In this document: piece after piece, positions 56,585 to 64,000 of the stretch
Layout: each line of letters starts with the position of its first letter
Numbering within the stretch: the first letter of the stretch is position 1
From: Candidatus Dormiibacterota bacterium
Lineage (GTDB): Bacteria > Chloroflexota > Dormibacteria > Aeolococcales > Aeolococcaceae
Direction: 5' to 3'
DNA length: 64,000 nt
Assembly: GCA_963718525.1 (NCBI GenBank)
Contig: OY970355.1
Location: 2,656,001 to 2,720,000, forward strand
The notes under the pieces: model-generated
The model's input: only the letters and a program-made list of their open reading frames with translations
Database searches by the model: none
Told to the model about the DNA's origin: nothing
Program-made: the position numbers and the translations under genes

Positions 56585-57355
56585 CTACTCCTGGTTGGTC
56601 GGGCGGATGAGCACCTCGTTGACCCCGACGTGGCGAGGCCGCGAGACGATGTAGCTGATCGCATCAGCGATGTCCTCGGCCGCGAGCCGCTCGATTCGCG
56701 CGAAGCGCTGCTGCATCTCCGCCAGGATCACCGGCCGGTTGTGCGACCCGAGCTCGGTGGCCACGACGCCGGGTTCCACGACCGAGACTCGAACGTGGCG
56801 GGTCGTGATCTCCTTGCGCAACGCTTCGCTGAAGGCGCCGACGCCGTGTTTGGTGAGGTTGTAGACCGCGCTCCCATTTCGGGTCTCGCGCCCGGCGACG
56901 GAGCTGATATTCACGAGGTCGGCCACCCCGCGTGGGCCGTCCTCGGCGGCGCGGAGCAGGTGCGGCAGCGCCGCGTGGGTGCAGTAGAGCAGTCCAAGCA
57001 GGTTGATCCGCACCATCCGGTCCCACTCCTCGACCGGGGCTTCGAGCACCGGCCCGAGCAGCATCACGCCCGCGTTGTTCACCAGCGTGTCGAGACGGCC
57101 CAGCTCGTTCGCGGTCTGCTCCACCGCGCTGCCGGCCTGCGCCTGATCGGTGATATCGGCGGTGATCGCCACGGCGGTTGCCCCGTCCGCTCTGAGGCGA
57201 TCCGCGAGCGCATTCAGCCGGTCTGTACGACGCGCAACCAACGCGACGGCGGCGCCCAACCCCGCGAGCGAAACGGCAGTCGCCTCACCGATGCCGCTTG
57301 AAGCGCCGGTGACGAGCGCGACCGTGCCCTCGAGAGGTCGAGCCGGTGTCGCCAT
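56585..57355 (-). CDS. SDR oxidoreductase
   Basis: TGASSGIG, NNAG, YNLTK. Confidence 0.92.
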   Translation of the reverse strand: MATPARPLEGTVALVTGASSGIGEATAVSLAGLGAAVALVARRTDRLNALADRLRADGATAVAITADITDQAQAGSAVEQTANELGRLDTLVNNAGVMLLGPVLEAPVEEWDRMVRINLLGLLYCTHAALPHLLRAAEDGPRGVADLVNISSVAGRETRNGSAVYNLTKHGVGAFSEALRKEITTRHVRVSVVEPGVVATELGSHNRPVILAEMQQRFARIERLAAEDIADAISYIVSRPRHVGVNEVLIRPTNQE

Positions 57356-57424
57356 CAGCTCAGTAGATTGCCACAGCCGTCCCCATGCCACCGGCGTAGG
57401 ATCCGCCCGTGTCAGAGTACGGAC

Positions 57425-57859
57425 ATGGATAGCGACGGCTACGGCTACTCACCGGACGACCGGGGCATTGCACGCCTCATCGAGGATCTGCGCACCGTTT
57501 CACCGCTGGCGATCGAACGCATGGCGCAAGGTTGGGAGCAGCACGCGCTTCCCCACCTCGACAGGCATCACGCGGCGGAGAAGGCAGCCCTCGACGCGAT
57601 CGAACGCGCTCACCTCACCACGGAATGGGAGGAATGGCAGCGCACGATTCTCGATCTGACCGAAGGACGCACATCGCTGGTGTCCTGGAAGGTCGAGCAC
57701 GGCCGGACCGGCCACCACGCCGAGGCCGCCACGCTGAGTGCCGGGCTCGCGCTGCTCGCCGCGGACCACCTCGACCGTGCTCAGGCCGAGCTGCTCGTGC
57801 GACCAGCCGCAGAGGCGCTGCCGTGGCTGCTCACCGTGCCGCGCGGAGCGCCGAGCTAA
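57425..57859 (+). CDS. Hypothetical helical protein
   Basis: Fills the gap between convergent and divergent neighbours; GC3-rich codons; no recognised motif. Confidence 0.65.
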   Translation: MDSDGYGYSPDDRGIARLIEDLRTVSPLAIERMAQGWEQHALPHLDRHHAAEKAALDAIERAHLTTEWEEWQRTILDLTEGRTSLVSWKVEHGRTGHHAEAATLSAGLALLAADHLDRAQAELLVRPAAEALPWLLTVPRGAPS

Positions 57860-57881
57860 GAGCGTCGAGCTCGCGCCGGGG

Positions 57882-60227
57882 TTACTCGCTGACCAGCTCG
57901 TAGTCCGGGTTGAGCACCGCAAGCCGGCGTTTCCAGGAGCCGACCATCCCCTCAACGATGAGGCGCGCGCCCGGCTCGATGCCGGGAATCTTCGGGCGCC
58001 CCTGGAACACCAGCAGCAGGATGCCGGTGTCGTCGGTGATCTCGCACTCGAGATTCGCTGTCCCCTTGGCCGTCTGCACTCGCAGTGATCGGATCCGACC
58101 GGCGACGCGTACGCGCGTGCGCCACGTGACCTCGCTGATCGGGATCGTTCCGGTCGCGCGACGAGCAAGCTCTCTATCGACGCCGGCCTCGCGCATCGGC
58201 TTGCGACGCACGACGTCTGGGCGAACCGTGTGGGACCGGAATCTCCGTCGCTGGGCGGCCTCGAGGTTGAAGGGAACGATCGTCGCAGCGACATGCGCGA
58301 CACCCCCGACCGCGTCGGCGATCCGATCCGCCGTGCGGTCGTGCAGCACCCGCGCGAGTCGTGAGTGAAACGCTCGGCGCGGCAGCAGCACCGTGCACTC
58401 GGTGGTGCCATCGGCGACGATATCGGCCACATACTCGAGTGCTGCGCGTTCCAGGCGGCGATCACGGCATTCCAGGATGTCGAGTGGCAGGTGCGCCAGA
58501 CCCAGCCTGCTCCATTCCTCCTTGAGCTGCTCGGTGGCCGCCGCGTCGATGTCGAAATGCACTGCGTGCAGCTCATCCGGCCGCAACGTCCTCGCGTATT
58601 GCAGCGCGCGCGCCGTCGCCATGTCGAGCTGTCCCACGAACACCAGGACGACGTGACGCTGCAGCACCGGCGCCTCCGCCGCTTCAACGGCACCGGTCTC
58701 GAGCTGTTTCTCCTCGGCGACGTACTGCCGGTGGAGCCGGATCAGCCCGTAGTACATCGGCGGGCCGACGACAGCGACGATCCACGCTCCTTCGAAGAAC
58801 TTGGTCACCAGCAGGATGCCGACCACCGCGACCGAGAGCGTCCCCGCAAAGCCGTTGACCATCGCCCCGAGCTGCCATCGTCTGCCGCGCAACGTGAGGT
58901 GATGTTTGAGCATTCCGAACCCGGCGAACGAGAAGCCGGTGAAGACGCCGATCGCGTAGAGACCGACCAGCGAGTTGAGGTTCGCCTTGAAGACGATGAT
59001 GAGCAGGATCGCGACGGCGGCAAGCACAAAGATCCCGTTCGAGAAGGCGAGCCGGTGACCCCGCTTGGTCAGTTGTCGCGGGAGGAATGAATCACCGGCG
59101 ACAAAGCTCGCAAGGTACGGGAAGCCGTTGAAGCTGGTGTTGCCGCCGGTGAAGAGGATCATCACCGTCGCTGCCTGCACCAGGTAGAAGAGACCGGTTC
59201 CGACCCAACTGTTGCCCAGGACGTAGCTCACCTCCTGGGAGACGACGGTCGGGCTCCCCGTCGCGTACGGCACCGCGTGGGTCCAGTGCGCCAGCAACGA
59301 TGTTCCCAGGACGAGGAATCCCAGGATGCCGCACATGATCAGCAGCGCGATGCGGCCGTTTCGCGCCTCGGGCTTGCGGAAGCTCGAGATGCCGTTCGAC
59401 ACCGCCTCGAGCCCGGTCAGTGAGGACCCGCCGTTGGCGAATGCGCGCAGACAGTAGAAGATTCCCAGCCCCATGAGAAAACCGCGCTGATGACCGATCG
59501 GGTAACCGAGCGCCGCGGCGCTGGGGAGTGCGTGGGCATGGAGGCCGCCGAGCGCTGCCTTGACCAGCCCGGTGATCACGACGAGCGACAGCGACACGAC
59601 GTAGAAGTAGGTCGGGATCGCGAAGATGGAGCCGGCCTCGCGGATCCCACGCAGGTTGCCGAACAGCATGATCAGCGTGACCCCGACCGTGATCGCGATC
59701 GTGTAGGGCACCAGTGTTGGAAATGCGGATGTGAGCGCTGCCGTTCCCGCCGACGTCTGGACAGCGACGGTCACCGTGTAATCGATGAGCAATGCGACAG
59801 CCGCAACCTGCGCGATGTTCGGACCGAAATTGTCGCGTGCAACCACGTATGAGCCACCGCTCTTCGTGTAGACACCGATGACCTGGATGTACGAGATCAT
59901 CACGAAGACCATCACGGCGAGGATCGCCAGCGTGATCGGAATGACCATGTTGAATGCGGCGAGTCCGATGATCGGCACCATGACGACCAGCATCTCCTCG
60001 GTGCCGTACGCGGACGACGAGATCATGTCCGGGGCGAGCACCCCGATCGCCACCGGCGTCGAGAGCCGTTCCTGTGTGAGCTGCTCGGAGACCATGGGCG
60101 GACCGAGGATCCGGTTCTTCAACCGGTACGCCCAGGACTCAGGGTAGGTCCCCGCGCCCGACGCTCCCGGCGCTTCCGGTGCTAGCGGGCGTGAGGATGC
60201 AACCGGAACTGTCTGGGGCTCTTCCAC
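57882..60227 (-). CDS. KimA-like APC potassium transporter with C-terminal OB-fold
   Basis: APDMISSSAYGTEE, GGSYVV, DYTVTVAV, GNLRG, LTGLEAVSNG; C-terminal VAGRIRSL...LECEITDDTG...IPGIEPG...NPDYEL; CATACT 6 nt before the GTG. Confidence 0.88.
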   Translation of the reverse strand: MEEPQTVPVASSRPLAPEAPGASGAGTYPESWAYRLKNRILGPPMVSEQLTQERLSTPVAIGVLAPDMISSSAYGTEEMLVVMVPIIGLAAFNMVIPITLAILAVMVFVMISYIQVIGVYTKSGGSYVVARDNFGPNIAQVAAVALLIDYTVTVAVQTSAGTAALTSAFPTLVPYTIAITVGVTLIMLFGNLRGIREAGSIFAIPTYFYVVSLSLVVITGLVKAALGGLHAHALPSAAALGYPIGHQRGFLMGLGIFYCLRAFANGGSSLTGLEAVSNGISSFRKPEARNGRIALLIMCGILGFLVLGTSLLAHWTHAVPYATGSPTVVSQEVSYVLGNSWVGTGLFYLVQAATVMILFTGGNTSFNGFPYLASFVAGDSFLPRQLTKRGHRLAFSNGIFVLAAVAILLIIVFKANLNSLVGLYAIGVFTGFSFAGFGMLKHHLTLRGRRWQLGAMVNGFAGTLSVAVVGILLVTKFFEGAWIVAVVGPPMYYGLIRLHRQYVAEEKQLETGAVEAAEAPVLQRHVVLVFVGQLDMATARALQYARTLRPDELHAVHFDIDAAATEQLKEEWSRLGLAHLPLDILECRDRRLERAALEYVADIVADGTTECTVLLPRRAFHSRLARVLHDRTADRIADAVGGVAHVAATIVPFNLEAAQRRRFRSHTVRPDVVRRKPMREAGVDRELARRATGTIPISEVTWRTRVRVAGRIRSLRVQTAKGTANLECEITDDTGILLLVFQGRPKIPGIEPGARLIVEGMVGSWKRRLAVLNPDYELVSE

Positions 60228-60300
60228 GGCCGCAGTATGCCCCAAGCCGAACTCGGCAGCCACATCGCCCGAGGCCGGAGCGACCTGCTTGAATGGAGCG

Positions 60301-60987
60301 ATGCACATCGTCATCGTCGGCTGCGGAAGAGTCGGCTCCGGCCTGGCTCGCTCCCTGGAAGCCGAGGGTCACTCGGTCGCGATCATCGATCGAAACCGCA
60401 AGGCATTTCGGCGTTTGCCGTCGGATTTCAAGGGAATTGTGGTTGAAGGATCCGGCTTCGACCGCAATGTGCTGCACGACGCGAAGATCGAGGAAGCTGA
60501 TGCGGTCGCCGCAGTCACGTCCGGAGACAACTCCAACATTCTCAGCGCGCGAATTGCCCGCGAGACCTTCGGAGTCGACCGCGTGGTGGCGCGCATCTAC
60601 GACCCGCAGCGCGCGCAGGTGTATCAGCGCCTGGGCATTCCAACGGTCGCCACGGTCACCTGGACCGTCGACCAGGTGCGCAGCTGGCTCCTGCCCGAAG
60701 AGTTCACCCCGCACTGGCGAGACGCGACGGGCACCCTGCTGCTCATGGATCGGGTGCTCCCCGAGCATCTCGCCGGCCAGAAGCTCTCGTCCCTCGAAGC
60801 CGACGGCAAGGTCCGCCTCGTGGCGGTGACCCGGGCCGGCGTCCCTCGGCTGGATATCGGCGGCTTGGTCGGCCAGGACGGCGATCTGCTCCACCTCGTG
60901 GTCATGAAGGACGACCTGCCGGCGCTGGAGGCACTGCTCGCCATCCCCTCCCCCGTCTCCGTGGCCGTCGCCACCAAGGCGCGCTGA
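60301..60987 (+). CDS. trkA: TrkA family potassium uptake protein (CeoB-like)
   Basis: MHIVIVGCGRVG, TSGDNSNI, VVARIYDP. Confidence 0.9.
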   Translation: MHIVIVGCGRVGSGLARSLEAEGHSVAIIDRNRKAFRRLPSDFKGIVVEGSGFDRNVLHDAKIEEADAVAAVTSGDNSNILSARIARETFGVDRVVARIYDPQRAQVYQRLGIPTVATVTWTVDQVRSWLLPEEFTPHWRDATGTLLLMDRVLPEHLAGQKLSSLEADGKVRLVAVTRAGVPRLDIGGLVGQDGDLLHLVVMKDDLPALEALLAIPSPVSVAVATKAR

Positions 60988-61682
60988 TGAAAGTCGCGGT
61001 CGCGGGCGGTGGCAGCGTCGGCATGGCCGTCGCCGCAGACCTGAAGGTGCACGGCCACGACGTGTTCATCCTGGAAGTAGACCCGGAGCAGGTCGCTCGC
61101 TTCCAGCCCCACGTCGACGTCCGGTGGTTGGTCGCCGACGCCTGTGAGGTGTCGTCGTTGAAGGCCGCGGGCATGGCCGAGGTCGACGTGATGGTGGCGG
61201 CCACCGGGGACGATGAGGACAACCTGGTCATCTCGCTGCTTTCCAAGCAGGAGTTCGCCGTGCCGCGCGTGATCGCGCGGGTGAACAACGCGAGCAACCA
61301 GTGGCTCTTCACTGAAAGCTGGGGGGTCGACGTCCCGGTCTCGACGCCGCAGCTGTACACGGCGCTTGTCGAGGAGGCGGTGTCGATCGGTTCGCTCGTG
61401 CATTTGATGAGCTTCGAAGGAGCATCCGCGCACCTGCTCGAGGTGACCCTCGCCGAGGACTCGCCGGCTTGCGGACAGCCCATCGCCGAGCTCGGACTGC
61501 CACGGGAGTCGGCGATCGTCGCCATCGTCCGCCGGGAGCACATGATCATCCCCGACCCGGAGACGGTCCTCTGCGCGGGGGACGAGGTCATCGTCCTCGC
61601 CATGGTCGAGAGCGAGCGTGCGATCCAGACCATCCTGGTCGGCGACGCGCCCCCAGGCGGCCCGCCTCCGACGCCGCAGTAG
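60987..61682 (+). CDS. trkA: TrkA family potassium uptake protein (CeoC-like)
   Basis: VAGGGSVG, ATGDDEDNL, WGVD, TrkA-C domain. Confidence 0.9.
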   Translation: MKVAVAGGGSVGMAVAADLKVHGHDVFILEVDPEQVARFQPHVDVRWLVADACEVSSLKAAGMAEVDVMVAATGDDEDNLVISLLSKQEFAVPRVIARVNNASNQWLFTESWGVDVPVSTPQLYTALVEEAVSIGSLVHLMSFEGASAHLLEVTLAEDSPACGQPIAELGLPRESAIVAIVRREHMIIPDPETVLCAGDEVIVLAMVESERAIQTILVGDAPPGGPPPTPQ

Positions 61683-61817
61683 CCCCACCGGCATCTGCAA
61701 CGCCGGACACGGTGACGCTTCGGTGGCGGACATCTCACGGATCGCCTGCTTCCGTGCGGCGCGCGCGCACCGCTCGTAGGGTCAGCGCAGAGGAGTCGGC
61801 GTCGAACGAGGCAAGGC

Positions 61818-62579
61818 GTGGACAGACGGAAGGCTGTGGTTGCGACCGGGTTGGCGAGCCTGAGCATCAGCCTTGTCGCGCTGGCCGCCGGCCCCGTGGT
61901 CGCCGAGGCAGCGTTCCAAACCCTCACGTGCTCATCGGCGCCAGCCGCCGGAGGCGGCTCACCGCACGTGTGTCACATCTCGACCGCGGCATACCTGAAT
62001 GCTCCGACCCTCCACCAGGAGATGCCGCTCGACTGCGAATCTGCAGCGCTTGCGGTGGCGTTGCAAACTCGGGGCTTTGCTCTGACCCAGAACTGGGTGT
62101 TCGCTCAGCTTCCGAAGCAGCCGCAACGCGCGGTTGTTTCCCGCGGGCGTCCGGTGACCTGGGGAGATCCGTTTGCGGCGTTCGTCGGCAATGTCGACGG
62201 ATCGGAGACCAACTACACGGGCTATGGGGTGTACTACCCGCCGATCGCGGCGGCCGCTGCGCGTGCCGGGGCCACGACGGACGCTCGTACCGGCTGGACC
62301 ACGAGCACGATCGAGCTGCAGATACAGCTCGGCCACCCCGTTGTCGTGTGGACGAACTTCAATTTCGCCTACTCAGGGACCAACACCTGGACCGCCTGGG
62401 ATGGCCGCGTCGTGCACTACACGACAGCTGAGCACGCCGTGACGGTGATCGGATTCGACTCCCGTGCCGGCACGGTCACGGTGATCGACGTGGGTGTCGG
62501 TCTGCGCAGGACCATCTCCACCGCCGAATTTTCGTCGGCCATCGCGACATTCGGGGGCATGGGCGTCGCCGTCTGGTGA
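61818..62579 (+). CDS. Secreted C39-like cysteine peptidase
   Basis: Signal peptide; QEMPLDCE catalytic Cys; EHAVTVIGFD. Confidence 0.82.
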   Translation: MDRRKAVVATGLASLSISLVALAAGPVVAEAAFQTLTCSSAPAAGGGSPHVCHISTAAYLNAPTLHQEMPLDCESAALAVALQTRGFALTQNWVFAQLPKQPQRAVVSRGRPVTWGDPFAAFVGNVDGSETNYTGYGVYYPPIAAAAARAGATTDARTGWTTSTIELQIQLGHPVVVWTNFNFAYSGTNTWTAWDGRVVHYTTAEHAVTVIGFDSRAGTVTVIDVGVGLRRTISTAEFSSAIATFGGMGVAVW

Positions 62580-62612
62580 TCTCTGGCGACCGTAGACTCC
62601 GGGGCGCAGTCC

Positions 62613-63341
62613 ATGTACGTCGATGATCATGCGGGCCGCGATCCCGCAACTGTGTGGCTCCACCACGGTGTCGGCTCGACGCGCGCCTGGGATAGGTTGC
62701 TTCCGGATGCGGGTGGGGATCGCAGGACCATCGCCTTTGACCGTCGTGGATTCGGGCGCTCAAATCACGAGCGACAGTTCACCACCTCATTGTTCGACGA
62801 CGACACCGACGACCTCCGGTCGATGCTCGAGGAGCGAGTCACCGCGCCCGTCCACCTGATTGGCCATAGCGACGGAGGCACGGTTGCGCTGCTCCTCGCC
62901 GCCCGGGCTCCTGACATGGTTCGGAGCGTCGCCGTGGTTGCGGTTCACGTTCGCGGTGACGACCTGACCGTGGCTACACTCCGGCGCATGGGTCCGCCTG
63001 ACCAGTGGCCTGAGCCGTTGCGCCGCAGCCTTCGGCGCGCCCACGGCGAGGACTGGGCGGCGGTCGCCGGCGGGTGGCACGCACTCTGGACCTCACCGGA
63101 GTGGGAGCGCTGGAGCATCGTCGACGAGCTCACCGCCATCCGGTGCCCGGTCTACGTGATGCACGGTCTCCGCGACGAGCTCTCGCCCCGTCTGCACGCC
63201 GATGCGATTGCCGAGGCCGTGCCCGCGGCGCGGATCAGCTGGGTTGACACGGCGACCCACGACCCACACCGCGTCCAGCCGCAACGTTTCCTCACCGAGC
63301 TGCAGTCGTTCTGGGTTGACGCCGAGGCGGGCGGTGCCTGA
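62613..63341 (+). CDS. Alpha/beta hydrolase
   Basis: LHHGVGS, DRRGFGRS, GHSDGG, HDPH. Confidence 0.9.
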   Translation: MYVDDHAGRDPATVWLHHGVGSTRAWDRLLPDAGGDRRTIAFDRRGFGRSNHERQFTTSLFDDDTDDLRSMLEERVTAPVHLIGHSDGGTVALLLAARAPDMVRSVAVVAVHVRGDDLTVATLRRMGPPDQWPEPLRRSLRRAHGEDWAAVAGGWHALWTSPEWERWSIVDELTAIRCPVYVMHGLRDELSPRLHADAIAEAVPAARISWVDTATHDPHRVQPQRFLTELQSFWVDAEAGGA

Positions 63342-64000
63342 CCGCTTCAACGCCTGTGAATGGCTGGTTGATCGCCACGTCGAGGCCGGAGACGGCGCTC
63401 GAATCGCGCTGCTCGAGGGCGACACGACGATCAGCTATGCGGAGTTGCTCGACTCGATCACTGCGGCAGCGGGCGGTCTCCGCCGCCTCGGCGTCAGGCC
63501 CGAGGAGCGGGTCCTGATGATCCTGCGGGACGGGCCGGAGCTCGCGGTCGCGATCCTCGCGACGATGCGCATCGGAGCGGTCGCGCTGCCCGTCAATCCG
63601 CTCCTGCCACCTCGCGACCTGGTCGCCATCGCGCGTGACGCTCGCGCGCGCTGTGTCGTCGTCGCCGGCGATGCGAAAGCCCTGATCATCGCGCTGAGCG
63701 ATGAGGCACCTGACGTCACCGACCTGGTTCGAGTGGGACCCGACGCCGACGGCAACGCAACCGGACCACTTTGGTCGGACATTCTCGCGAGTGGTGGCGA
63801 TGGTGCCTGCGACGGGACGTCTGCGGAATCCCCATCGTTCTGGCTGTGCACCTCGGGCACCACCGGGCGTCCAAAGCTGGCCATGCACCGCCACGCTGAC
63901 ATCCGGACGACGTGCGCAGGGTATGCGCGTGAGGTGCTGGCGGTGCAGCTGGGTGATCGGCATCTCTCGGTCGCCCCGATGTTCCACGCATACGGGTTCG
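63334..64000 (+). CDS. Benzoate-CoA ligase family AMP-binding enzyme (3' end outside window)
   Basis: Hand-translated from GTG at 63334: PDRFNACEWLVDRH...GVRPEERV...FWLCTSGTTGRPK...MFHAYG. Confidence 0.85.
   Translation, partial: MPDRFNACEWLVDRHVEAGDGARIALLEGDTTISYAELLDSITAAAGGLRRLGVRPEERVLMILRDGPELAVAILATMRIGAVALPVNPLLPPRDLVAIARDARARCVVVAGDAKALIIALSDEAPDVTDLVRVGPDADGNATGPLWSDILASGGDGACDGTSAESPSFWLCTSGTTGRPKLAMHRHADIRTTCAGYAREVLAVQLGDRHLSVAPMFHAYGF

Noticed and set aside
60228-60300. c-di-AMP (ydaO) riboswitch upstream of the KimA-like gene
   Set aside because: Only 73 nt of intergenic space and the gene appears leaderless.

Overview
High-GC bacterial chromosomal segment, probably a soil Terrabacteria lineage (inferred from actinobacterial-type gene families and many apparently leaderless genes; taxonomy cannot be fixed from sequence alone). 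No integrase, transposase, CRISPR array or rRNA was seen. It carries about 55 CDS and two tRNAs (Leu-TAA, Cys-GCA). Recognisable modules: polyamine/amine catabolism (4.9-12.8 kb), a GlnA4/PuuA-type gamma-glutamylation operon (31.8-38.6 kb), a type III PKS cluster (38.7-41.6 kb), xylose utilisation with a 1077-bp direct duplication in the ABC transporter genes (46.6-56.4 kb), and a KimA-like transporter with two TrkA genes. Best candidates for undescribed systems: (1) a DUF1800-DUF1501-small protein-ApbE-ferric-reductase operon, possibly an extracytoplasmic flavinylation/electron-transfer system; (2) an ECF sigma coupled to a putative Tat-anchored Rieske anti-sigma, followed by a Tat microprotein and a signal-less DUF4331; (3) two divergent paralogous CxxC-X33-CxxC microproteins flanking a putative sRNA; (4) a DedA-RDD-ArsR fusion. 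All family calls are by motif recognition, not database search.
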